A stretch of 64,000 nt of DNA, from positions 6,411 to 70,410 of the forward strand of contig CAYXWP010000001.1 in assembly GCA_964468845.1 (NCBI GenBank), given 5' to 3'. Origin of the DNA: an uncultured Candidatus Saccharibacteria bacterium. Lineage in GTDB: Bacteria; Patescibacteriota; Minisyncoccia; Phycocordibacterales; PALSA-1337. This document shows positions 27,180 through 36,744 of the stretch, piece after piece (the first letter of the stretch is position 1; each line of letters opens with the position of its first letter). The notes beneath the pieces were generated by a model. The model made no database searches. It was not told the origin of the DNA and worked only from the letters and a program-made list of their open reading frames with translations. The translations under genes were made by a program, and so were the position numbers.

Positions 27180-28712
27180 ATGTTAACAACCTCACTTCAA
27201 AAATCAAGCCTTAATTTAAGCCATAGTCTCATATTAACATCTCTATTTACACTAATCATCCTTGGAGGTTTTTTACGTTTCTACAACCTCTCATCTCAAT
27301 CATATTGGATGGATGAGGGTTATACAGTGAACGCAGTCATGTCTATTTCTGAACATGGATCAACTATTCTAGACTCAGGCCAGAATTACTCATGTCCAAC
27401 ATACTGCTATCCTACGGCATTATTTGTAAAAATACTTGGTAATGATCCGGGAACTTACCGTCTACTATCTGTGATAGTTGGGTTAATTTTTATTGTTGCA
27501 ATATTCTTTATTGTTAGGAAACTCTTCGATAAAAATATTGCATTACTTTCATCTTTTTTTATTACTTTTTCCTATTGGCAGATAGCATGGTCTAGACAAG
27601 CACGTTGGTATACCCTTTTTGCTTTATTTTTTTGGTTAGCTATTTATTTCTTTTATCAAGCTATCTATTCTGAGAAAAAAAGATACGTAAACATTCTTCT
27701 TACTACTACTTTCTCAGTCCTTGCTATCCTTACTCATGGTTTGGGGTATTTGTTACCTATTATATTCATTGGTTGGATATTGCTGGATCAAGTATTCATT
27801 CAAAGGAATTTTAATTGGAAAAAGAACCTCCTTGTTCTAGCAGGCGGAACGATTGTCTTATATATATTCAATCTCATATCAAATATCGATATAATAGGAT
27901 ATCTTTTAAATACCTTCAAGCTTCACTATGTTCTGCCATACTATCTGAATTTTTATCTCCGAAACTATTGGCTCTTTATTGTCCTTGCTCTTGTCGCAAT
28001 TTTTAGTAATAACAAGTCTTATAGAAAAGAAATATATTTTTTATTATTTACTTTTCTTATTTACTTTATTCCCCTCTCTCTATTCACAGACATCGTTCAG
28101 TATCGTTATATGTTCCATCTGACACCAATTTTTTTTATACTGGGTTCTATGGGGGTATTCCAACTACACAATGATATAAAGAGCCTATACGGAAAAGTTA
28201 TACTTTGGATTGTAGTTGTGGGCCTATTTGCTACTATAGCTGGTGGCGTATTTATTCCAAAGACAAACTATTATCTAGAATCTGATAATCCAAGTACTCT
28301 TGGTGACCGTCCTTACTATGCTTATACTCCTCAGCCAAATTGGTCTGGTGCATACGGCTTTATAAAAGCCAATAGTAATGCTGATTCTAAAATTATTTCT
28401 AGTCATCCTCACTTCAATAAAATATTTCTTGGCCAAGCTGGTTATTGGATAAAGTATAACTATCTCGGTTTTGATAATAAAGCTGAATATAGTAAAGATA
28501 ATAAAGAATTCTATGTTGGAGCAGAAATCATTAATAATATTGATAAGTTAAAGACTATAGTGACAAATAGTAATGGCTATATCGTATTTGACTACATGGC
28601 TACAGACGGAAGAATATTGCCTGAGATTATTGATTATATAGAAACCAATTTGGATCTAGTATTTCACGATTTTACAAACTCATATTCTGAAGTCTGGGTG
28701 TATAAATTTTAG
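27180..28712 (+). CDS. GT-C fold glycosyltransferase (family 39/83, ArnT / PMT-like)
   Basis: About 11 TM helices. The first-loop motif YWMDEGY and overall topology are typical of polyprenyl-phosphate-sugar dependent GT-C enzymes. Large C-terminal periplasmic domain. Confidence 0.6.
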   Translation: MLTTSLQKSSLNLSHSLILTSLFTLIILGGFLRFYNLSSQSYWMDEGYTVNAVMSISEHGSTILDSGQNYSCPTYCYPTALFVKILGNDPGTYRLLSVIVGLIFIVAIFFIVRKLFDKNIALLSSFFITFSYWQIAWSRQARWYTLFALFFWLAIYFFYQAIYSEKKRYVNILLTTTFSVLAILTHGLGYLLPIIFIGWILLDQVFIQRNFNWKKNLLVLAGGTIVLYIFNLISNIDIIGYLLNTFKLHYVLPYYLNFYLRNYWLFIVLALVAIFSNNKSYRKEIYFLLFTFLIYFIPLSLFTDIVQYRYMFHLTPIFFILGSMGVFQLHNDIKSLYGKVILWIVVVGLFATIAGGVFIPKTNYYLESDNPSTLGDRPYYAYTPQPNWSGAYGFIKANSNADSKIISSHPHFNKIFLGQAGYWIKYNYLGFDNKAEYSKDNKEFYVGAEIINNIDKLKTIVTNSNGYIVFDYMATDGRILPEIIDYIETNLDLVFHDFTNSYSEVWVYKF

Positions 28713-28753
28713 CTATTGTAATATGGTCATAAATATGACATAATATTGCCCAC

Positions 28754-29836
28754 ATGAATAACTTTCTGAAACACTTAAGAAGTGGCCTTTGGCTCAAATC
28801 CCCTATCTTCTGGGCTCGCTTCCTCGCTTACGCTATCCCTCTCACCTTCCTCCTCTATGTTCTATATATGAACTTCCTTCCTTTTGGCTATAATAAGAGC
28901 TTTGTAATAGATGTTGGTAGTCCTACCGATACTAAAGTCAGTGAATTCTATCTCGAACCATCGAAAGATCTCTCAGAATCAAAAGTTGGTCCTGATGGTA
29001 AAACATACCGTGAACTTAACGGTACAGCTTCAGTTGTTTTCAAACCAAAGGTCATATTAAAAAATGCTACTGCTACTATATCAGTTGATGGTGAAGGTGT
29101 GTCAATAATCCCTCCAGTAATCAACTTTGATCCATCTAGTATCACAGACTGGGACTATAGTTGGGACTTCACAAAAGGAATTCCGAAGGAATTGGTAGGC
29201 AACGCCTTCATGTTCGATGGTGCTACGTATTTCGATGGTAAAAGCAGACTAGAGCTTCCAAATACTGCAAATAAGTTTGAAAACAGAGCATTCAGTATTT
29301 ATGTAGAATGGGAGCCAAGAGATAGTGAGAATAATACCCAGCAAATCATCGGACACTATAACTGGGAAATATGGCAGAATAAAGAGACGGTAGAATTTCG
29401 TGTCGGTAGAATGACGAATAATACTGGTCCTGCATACTCACTAAAGTTTAACATCATTCCAGATTTTTTTAATAAGAGTCATACAGCACTAGCAATATAT
29501 AATCCATCAGAAAGTGGCTATATAGAATTTTATGTTGACGGTAACTTTGCTGGAAGAACATATTTTGCTAATGAAAAAATATTTACTAAATATGGGGATC
29601 AGAATTTAAGTTTGGGATGGACACCACATAACAATAGTAATAGTCCATACTTTATTGGATCGGTTTATAAGGTAAACACCGTCTCCAAGAATGTATTACA
29701 GCCTCAATCTGAGATAAGCCTTACAGCGACTAATAGTGATCCGATTTATATTTCTATTATTTCCACTTATGACACCTCAACCTCGACTGCCACCTCGACT
29801 ATTAGGCAAATAAAATTAAATGCCATTCAAAAATAA
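28754..29836 (+). CDS. Membrane-anchored LamG / concanavalin-A-like lectin domain protein
   Basis: N-terminal TM, then FDGATYFDGKSRLELP...FSIYVEWEP...EFRVG (Laminin_G_3-like). Ser/Thr-rich C-terminus. Confidence 0.45.
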   Translation: MNNFLKHLRSGLWLKSPIFWARFLAYAIPLTFLLYVLYMNFLPFGYNKSFVIDVGSPTDTKVSEFYLEPSKDLSESKVGPDGKTYRELNGTASVVFKPKVILKNATATISVDGEGVSIIPPVINFDPSSITDWDYSWDFTKGIPKELVGNAFMFDGATYFDGKSRLELPNTANKFENRAFSIYVEWEPRDSENNTQQIIGHYNWEIWQNKETVEFRVGRMTNNTGPAYSLKFNIIPDFFNKSHTALAIYNPSESGYIEFYVDGNFAGRTYFANEKIFTKYGDQNLSLGWTPHNNSNSPYFIGSVYKVNTVSKNVLQPQSEISLTATNSDPIYISIISTYDTSTSTATSTIRQIKLNAIQK

Positions 29837-31625
29837 TATAAATAAGTATATTTATTCAACATATAGGTATTTTATTATACCATTTTGCTTAATGAGTAGT
29901 ATTGTAATATTAGTCATTATTATTTATTTTCCTATCTATGGTAATACATTTAAACCTTATACTGGTTTAATTAGCCCCCTAAAATTTTTTTCAGCATTGG
30001 GATTAATCATGCTAATAATTAAATTTAATAATTATTTTAAGACCCCAAAACAATCTATAGATATAAAAAAGGAATACTTTTTTCATCCAATATTGCTCAC
30101 AGCATTTATTATTACATACATTTTAACCAGATTGTATTTTATCCTTCATTCCCCGATTAATGTCTCTGATGATTGGCAAGCGATTACTTCAGGAAAAAGC
30201 ATAATAGAAAATGGTTATTTTCCATCAATCACCACTAATGATTCTCAATATGGATATATTAGGGGCGCGTATGTTTCAATTCTTGTTGCAATATTTTTTA
30301 AATTGTTTGGATATAGTATTTATGTTGCAAAGGCAGTACCAGCTTTTATTGGATTATTAAACTCAATATTGTTTTATAATATTTGTAGCAAGATTTTTCA
30401 AAATAGGTGGGTAAAAGTATTGTCATTGATAATATATATAGTTTGTCCACTAATTATATTTAATGATTGGTTTATTAGAATGTATGTTTTTTATGAGTTT
30501 TTTGCACTTTTAAGTATATTATTTCTATTTAGGATCAATTTATTTATTGAAACTAAACAAAACAAAAAAATACTCACGTATATTATATTAATAGTCCTCA
30601 TAAATATATTTTGTTGGTTTCTAAGCTTTGATCCAGGAAAATACCTTATACTCATACTAAATATATTTGGTTTATTTGCGATTCTATTTTTAAATAGAAA
30701 AGAATTATACAAATTTGATATTATAAAAAAGATAACTTGTAATAAGTTTTTACGAATTACTGATATGTTTATATTAGTAACTATTATTATGTCTGGGTTT
30801 ATGATTAGATATTTCCCAGTAATTCAGGATAGAATATTTTTTTTATTAAATGGTAAATTAGATAACTCATTACATTTATCTTTTTATAAAATATTTTTTG
30901 AGGAAAATATAATATTAACACTTCTCTTTATTACTTCCTCATTATTTATTGTAAAATTAAAAAATAACAGTAGTAAATTAATTACCATTATAGGAATATC
31001 GTTATTTTTACTTCATTTAATTTCAAGTGATGACCTACAAGTTTCAAGAGGATTACTATATTTTATACCAATCTACATTATTATTGCTTTAATTTCACTT
31101 GAAAATATTATTGAGTGGATAGGATCTAAGTTATTTTCTATTTTACTTATTATGATAATTGTATTAAATATATTACTATCTTTTCCTTTAAATTATATTG
31201 AATCATTTCCGAGTTTAGAAAATGAACTTCACTATCAAGATGATCTTGGTTTATATTCCTTTATTAAAACAGATTTAAAAAACTATACTATATTACAATC
31301 AACATATGAAAATATGCCCGATTTATTTTTTGATACCTATACGGAATTTAATATTATATTAAATAGTCACTCTACAACTGATATACCCTATTTTTACTTT
31401 GATTCAGAAAATAATTTATATAGACAAATATCAACTAAAACACCAGTTGTGACAAACGCTGACATTTTTGAAAATAAATTTAATATTTTATTAAAAAATA
31501 AAGTAGCAATAGTAATTTTGCCACACGTTAGAGAATTATTTATTGATAATAAAACTTTTGAAGTGATAAGACAAAAACTTCCAAACTTGAGAAAATTTGT
31601 TGGATATGAAATATACTATAATTAG
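29820..31625 (+). CDS. Large polytopic membrane protein; possible second GT-C glycosyltransferase or O-antigen polymerase-like
   Basis: 601 aa, extremely AT-rich, at least 12 TM helices in the N-terminal two thirds and a soluble C-terminal domain. No diagnostic motif recognised. Confidence 0.35.
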   Translation: MPFKNNINKYIYSTYRYFIIPFCLMSSIVILVIIIYFPIYGNTFKPYTGLISPLKFFSALGLIMLIIKFNNYFKTPKQSIDIKKEYFFHPILLTAFIITYILTRLYFILHSPINVSDDWQAITSGKSIIENGYFPSITTNDSQYGYIRGAYVSILVAIFFKLFGYSIYVAKAVPAFIGLLNSILFYNICSKIFQNRWVKVLSLIIYIVCPLIIFNDWFIRMYVFYEFFALLSILFLFRINLFIETKQNKKILTYIILIVLINIFCWFLSFDPGKYLILILNIFGLFAILFLNRKELYKFDIIKKITCNKFLRITDMFILVTIIMSGFMIRYFPVIQDRIFFLLNGKLDNSLHLSFYKIFFEENIILTLLFITSSLFIVKLKNNSSKLITIIGISLFLLHLISSDDLQVSRGLLYFIPIYIIIALISLENIIEWIGSKLFSILLIMIIVLNILLSFPLNYIESFPSLENELHYQDDLGLYSFIKTDLKNYTILQSTYENMPDLFFDTYTEFNIILNSHSTTDIPYFYFDSENNLYRQISTKTPVVTNADIFENKFNILLKNKVAIVILPHVRELFIDNKTFEVIRQKLPNLRKFVGYEIYYN

Positions 31626-31629
31626 AAAT

Positions 31630-32385
31630 CTATATATTTAAAATCAGTCTTATCTTCTTTTTTATTATAAAAATATAATATCTAAGATAACCAAAATAGA
31701 ACTTAACAATCAATGATGACTCCCTATAATTTTCTCTTTTCTGTCTTGAACTCACTCCATCTATTCCATAGACAGCAACGTCTCTATCTAAGTAACCAAT
31801 TCCTTTTTTTTGAATATAAAATTTACAAATCAGATCAAAGTCAGATGCAATTCTGTAGTTTAAATTAAATAAACTAAAATTAATAATTGATCTTCTATCC
31901 ATAAAAATTGCTTGATGTGGTGGTCTCCTACCAGCTTTTATATCTTTATAATTAAATATACCTCCAATCTTATTATAATCACCGCTCTTTGACATAAAAG
32001 TTACATTTCCATACAACATATCAATTTTTTGCGTTTTGTAATAATTCATCATATCTAAAATTGAATTATTGTCAGCAATAACGTCATCCGCCCCAAGAAA
32101 ATATATAACATCACCCTTTGACAGACTAACTCCTTTGTTCATCGCGTCATAGATACCACTGTCTGGCTCGCTTATTATACAATCGATTGAATCTTGGTAT
32201 TTATCTATAATACTTAGTGTCCCATCAGTAGATTCACCATCAACAATAATATATTCAAAATTTCTATAATTCTGATGTGCGACAGACTTTATTGTATTTT
32301 CAATGGTATCTTTGGCATTAAAGACAACAGTGATGATACTAAGAAAGGGTTTATCTATTTTTTTATTTTCATATCTTTTGTGCAT
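31630..32385 (-). CDS. Family 2 glycosyltransferase
   Basis: SIITVVFNAKDTIENTIKSV...YIIVDGESTDGT and DxD. Confidence 0.8.
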   Translation of the reverse strand: MHKRYENKKIDKPFLSIITVVFNAKDTIENTIKSVAHQNYRNFEYIIVDGESTDGTLSIIDKYQDSIDCIISEPDSGIYDAMNKGVSLSKGDVIYFLGADDVIADNNSILDMMNYYKTQKIDMLYGNVTFMSKSGDYNKIGGIFNYKDIKAGRRPPHQAIFMDRRSIINFSLFNLNYRIASDFDLICKFYIQKKGIGYLDRDVAVYGIDGVSSRQKRENYRESSLIVKFYFGYLRYYIFIIKKKIRLILNI

Positions 32386-33673
32386 TTTTTTTAAGAAGAA
32401 AATAATAATATGATATAAATAATATATCAGTAAGACATCTTATACCAACCGTAGCATATACTCCACCCATAAATCCAAACTTACTAATTAACATATATGT
32501 AAATGGGATATTGAGTATGCCGAATATAAGTAAGAAATACATATTAATCTTTGCGTGTCCTGTAGCAACACTGAAGCCAACAGAAACGACAGCTGCGACA
32601 GCTTGTGTAATTAACATAATTAGCATCACATAAAATGCATTAAAGAAAATTACAGCCTGATATTTAATTAATATGTACTTTAGAATGAAAGGTACAAGTA
32701 AATATGAAGCAATAGTTAAAATAATTGAAATAACAAATATTAATGTAAAGTATTGTTTAAATTTTTTATATATTTCACTGACTCTTCCACTAGCATACAG
32801 ACCAGTAATATCAGGTGAGATCACCTGAGCAAAAATCATAAATGGTGACACTAGAATTAGAAAAATTTTATTAATCAATTCGTAAAAACCAATTTCGGAT
32901 ATATAACCAAAGTGACCTAATAGAATCACATCTACTCTGCTATATACAAAATAACTTAGACTTATTACACCAAGAATTATAGAATATTTGCTAATATTTC
33001 TAATAACTGATAAATCAACTTTAATCTTCCATTCTCTTGGCCAATAGCCAATCAGAATAGCTAAAAAAAAGATAATTGAAAATACGTTATTAGCCCAAAG
33101 AGCACCAAACAATCCCCAAAAATATATAAGGGGTAAAGAAATAATTAATCCAATAATACCCGTAAATGCGGTTATAATTGATAGTTTTTTAAATAATTTT
33201 AACCCGCGATATATTCCTGTATAGATATAAGTTAACGGAAGAAAAATTAATGATGGAATTAAATTTTTTACAAATATGAACTCCTTTCCTAATAGAGATG
33301 GTCCAAATATTAATAATAACAAACTCAATAATATTAAAATAGATCCAACAAAAACCAACGTACTAAATGATAAATATTTTAGTTTGTCTTTATTAGTTTC
33401 ATTATACTCGGCAACATATTTTGATGTTGCAGTAGATACACCAAAATCTCCAAATAAAACAAGTAGCATCAATATGGCTACTGAATAATTATAAATACCA
33501 AAGTCATATGAATTTAATAACCACGCTGATATAAAAAATACACCCAATATAAACAGCTGTTTCCCTGATATTTGAATAAACTGCCAAAAAGTATTAGCTA
33601 GTGTTTTTTTATTATTTAAATATATTATTCTTATTTTGTTAATCATTTTTAATACGTTTATATAAGACTGCAA
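32369..33673 (-). CDS. Wzx-like oligosaccharide flippase (MOP superfamily, polysaccharide biosynthesis protein)
   Basis: 434 aa with 12-14 TM helices and the typical MOP-flippase hydrophobic profile. Confidence 0.6.
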   Translation of the reverse strand: MQSYINVLKMINKIRIIYLNNKKTLANTFWQFIQISGKQLFILGVFFISAWLLNSYDFGIYNYSVAILMLLVLFGDFGVSTATSKYVAEYNETNKDKLKYLSFSTLVFVGSILILLSLLLLIFGPSLLGKEFIFVKNLIPSLIFLPLTYIYTGIYRGLKLFKKLSIITAFTGIIGLIISLPLIYFWGLFGALWANNVFSIIFFLAILIGYWPREWKIKVDLSVIRNISKYSIILGVISLSYFVYSRVDVILLGHFGYISEIGFYELINKIFLILVSPFMIFAQVISPDITGLYASGRVSEIYKKFKQYFTLIFVISIILTIASYLLVPFILKYILIKYQAVIFFNAFYVMLIMLITQAVAAVVSVGFSVATGHAKINMYFLLIFGILNIPFTYMLISKFGFMGGVYATVGIRCLTDILFISYYYFLLKKNAQKI

Positions 33674-34598
33674 AGTTAGTTATGATTAACGATAAACCAT
33701 CCATCCATGGCTTAATTAATAAGCTTTGAAAAAATAAACCAGTTTGATGTGCAGATTTAATTGAGAAAAAAATTAATAATCCTCCACCAATCATGAAAAG
33801 CAGTAGTGAAAGCTTTGGAATATATACGCAACTTAATAATATTATTAAAAAATATATTATTGGTATATTAAAACGAAATAATACACTTAATGGGTCATTC
33901 ATACCCATTTTAATCATGGTTGCTCGCCCTAAAGAACCTTTAATCAATGTAGAAATATAATCTAGAAAAAATGATGTATTGTCATGAAAAATAAAAGTGT
34001 GAGGGTTATAAATAATATTATAATTTGATTTAAATATTCTTTCACAAAGCTCTTTATCCTCAGAGAAACGGGTAACATTTGATGTTGTTTGTAGTTTTTC
34101 GAGAAAATTACCTACTTTTTTTAGAACATTTTTTCGAATCGCGAGATTGCAACTAGGACATCCACGCATATATTTAAAATGTTTGAACCTAGGATACCCA
34201 TCTAATAGTGCAACTCCGAGATAGTTTGATATCCAAGTTACGTTAAATGGTAAAATCATGCCTATTCCAGCACCAGTTTTAGTATCTACGAAAGTTTCGT
34301 CATTACAAAAATTTAGATACTCAGAATCAATTTTTGTATCGGCATCAAGAAATAATAGAATTTCTCCTAATGATTTTTCTATTCCTAAATTTCTAGCCTC
34401 AGATGGCCCACTCTTAACTTCTAAAAATACTTTTATTGGATATTTTCTAGCTATGTTTATGCTTGCGTCATTAGAATTATTATCAACATAAATAATTTCG
34501 TATGCTTTTTTTGGATAATTTAATTTTAGACATGATTGAATACATCTATCTAAATTTTTTTCTTCATTATAACCACATATAATTATACTAAATTTCAT
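33639..34598 (-). CDS. Family 2 glycosyltransferase with C-terminal TM helices
   Basis: FSIIICGYNEEKNLDRCIQS...IIYVDNNSNDAS and the DAD motif. Confidence 0.75.
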   Translation of the reverse strand: MKFSIIICGYNEEKNLDRCIQSCLKLNYPKKAYEIIYVDNNSNDASINIARKYPIKVFLEVKSGPSEARNLGIEKSLGEILLFLDADTKIDSEYLNFCNDETFVDTKTGAGIGMILPFNVTWISNYLGVALLDGYPRFKHFKYMRGCPSCNLAIRKNVLKKVGNFLEKLQTTSNVTRFSEDKELCERIFKSNYNIIYNPHTFIFHDNTSFFLDYISTLIKGSLGRATMIKMGMNDPLSVLFRFNIPIIYFLIILLSCVYIPKLSLLLFMIGGGLLIFFSIKSAHQTGLFFQSLLIKPWMDGLSLIITNFAVLYKRIKND

Positions 34599-34599
34599 A

Positions 34600-35715
34600 T
34601 TATTTTATATACTTTTCAGCAATTTTTTTTAAATTAAATTGATTACTATATTTTATTATTTTTTCTCTATTAAAATAATTTTCGTTAAAAATAGTCCCTA
34701 TGTCTTTTATAGTCTGATCTATATTATTATATTCAATTAAAAAACCATTTGTATTATTTACTAAGTCAGCCTGTCCACCATTATTTGTTGCTACGATTGG
34801 TAGACCGACTTGCATAGCTTCCTGCAAGACAATTCCAAAACCTTCATGAACAGACGATAGAAAAAATATATCACTATTTTGTAAATATTGAAACTTTTTG
34901 TTTTGATCTATAAACCCAGTAAAGATTATCTTATTAGATATACCTAGTTTATAAGCTAAATTTTTTAATTGTTTCTCCTCTGGACCATCACCAATTATTA
35001 TTCCAATGACATTATTTGGTAATTTAGATATAACTTTAATAAAAAAATCAAAGCCTTTTCTTTTTACAAGCCTACCGACTCCGATAACATACTTTTTATC
35101 TACTTCCAAACCTATTTCTGATCTACTTTTTTTATCAAATGGCACCAACTCGTATGGTAGTGGGATAATCTGTATATCATTTTTAGGGTGATAATATTTT
35201 ATACAATTTTCCTTCGTATTTGAAGATTGGGCCACTATAGTATTGGCTCTATTTAAAAGGAAAGTAATGCATTTCCTTAAATACCAATGTAAGTGAGGCG
35301 AATTATTTTTAGTTGGATCATATATATCACCACCATGAAGAGAGACTATATTTTTAATATGAAATAGTCTTGCTAAAATATATCCAAGTGGGCCAGTAGG
35401 CACTACAAACTGGGTATTAATAAACTCATATTTATTCTTTCTACATAAAGATATCCCTTTCCACAACCCAGAAATTGGATAACAGAGCATGGAAATAGTT
35501 GTGGCGGTAGATAATTCCTTTCTGCCAAAAACTTTTACTCTATATACATTAATACCATCAATAATCTCAAACTTTCTTAATCCTTTATACCATGTAGTAA
35601 TGTAGTCTACCTGATAACCAAGTTCTACAAAACCTTTTGCTAATTTATGAGCAGCAACACCTCCTCCCCCACCAAGTGGTGGAAATTCATAGTTTAGGAC
35701 TAATATCTTTTTCAT
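34600..35715 (-). CDS. Family 4 (GT-B, group 1) glycosyltransferase
   Basis: N-terminal GGGGGVAAH and the C-terminal EGFGIVLQEAMQVGLPIVAT (E-x7-E region). Confidence 0.8.
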   Translation of the reverse strand: MKKILVLNYEFPPLGGGGGVAAHKLAKGFVELGYQVDYITTWYKGLRKFEIIDGINVYRVKVFGRKELSTATTISMLCYPISGLWKGISLCRKNKYEFINTQFVVPTGPLGYILARLFHIKNIVSLHGGDIYDPTKNNSPHLHWYLRKCITFLLNRANTIVAQSSNTKENCIKYYHPKNDIQIIPLPYELVPFDKKSRSEIGLEVDKKYVIGVGRLVKRKGFDFFIKVISKLPNNVIGIIIGDGPEEKQLKNLAYKLGISNKIIFTGFIDQNKKFQYLQNSDIFFLSSVHEGFGIVLQEAMQVGLPIVATNNGGQADLVNNTNGFLIEYNNIDQTIKDIGTIFNENYFNREKIIKYSNQFNLKKIAEKYIK

Positions 35716-36677
35716 TATTTTATTAGAATCTCTCTCACTCTATATCTCCTCTCATGTTTCGATGTATTGAATCGAATACCAATAAGTAGATCAATTACAA
35801 TACCGAAACTAAATAATATTATACCAGCAATTATTAGAAATGCTGTTATGAAGAAGAGGCCGTTTCTGTTGAACCCAAGGCCCATAAATATTTTTTCATA
35901 AAGAGTCCAGAATCCTGCTACGAATCCAAAGAAGAAACATGTGATACTTGCGTAGCCAAAAAGGTGCAGAGGTCTTTGTGAATATTTCTGTATAAACCAA
36001 ATATATACTAGGTCGATAAAACCTCGTATTGCTTTACTGCAATTATATTTACTCTTACCAACTGTCCTTGGGCGATGATTCACTACCAATTCACCAATTC
36101 TAAAACCTTTCCATTTTAAAATAGCTAGAATATAACGATGCATCTCACCTCCTATATCTAGACAATCAACTGCCTCCTTTGTATAAACTCGAAGCATACA
36201 CCCACTATCATGAACAATATCACCTATAAGTATTCGGCGAAGTATACGGCCAATACGTGTAAGAATATTAATACTAGAGCTATCCATTCTCTTCTTTCTC
36301 CATCCAGCAACTACATCTAGGTTCTCTTTTATTAGCTTATCAAAAAGGAGTGGTATATCAGCTGGATCATTCTGACAATCGCCATCCATAGTTACTACAT
36401 ACTTGCCAGTACAAGCTCTAAAACCAGCGTCTAAGGCTGTTGCTTGACCATAGTTACGGTTTAGATTGATGATCTTCGCATTACTTAGTGTATTGAGCTC
36501 TGTTAGGGTTTCATCAGTACTACCATCATTCACATAAATAACTTCGTAATCTCCTGAAATATCAGACAAAGATGTTTTTATTTCCTGATCTAGTCTACTA
36601 ATATTCCCTGCTTCATTATATATAGGGACCACAATAGACAGTCTTTTTCCTGTATTTTCCATAAAAATACTATACAT
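35715..36677 (-). CDS. Polyprenyl-phosphate glycosyltransferase (GT2; GtrB / ArnC / DPM1-like)
   Basis: LSIVVPIYNEAGNI...VIYVNDGSTDET and DGD, plus two C-terminal TM helices characteristic of Und-P-sugar synthases. Confidence 0.7.
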   Translation of the reverse strand: MYSIFMENTGKRLSIVVPIYNEAGNISRLDQEIKTSLSDISGDYEVIYVNDGSTDETLTELNTLSNAKIINLNRNYGQATALDAGFRACTGKYVVTMDGDCQNDPADIPLLFDKLIKENLDVVAGWRKKRMDSSSINILTRIGRILRRILIGDIVHDSGCMLRVYTKEAVDCLDIGGEMHRYILAILKWKGFRIGELVVNHRPRTVGKSKYNCSKAIRGFIDLVYIWFIQKYSQRPLHLFGYASITCFFFGFVAGFWTLYEKIFMGLGFNRNGLFFITAFLIIAGIILFSFGIVIDLLIGIRFNTSKHERRYRVREILIK

Positions 36678-36744
36678 TAGAAATCAGTTTCTTACAATAG
36701 GATTACTCTTAAATCTCCAATATCAACCTTCCAGTAATCGCCTC

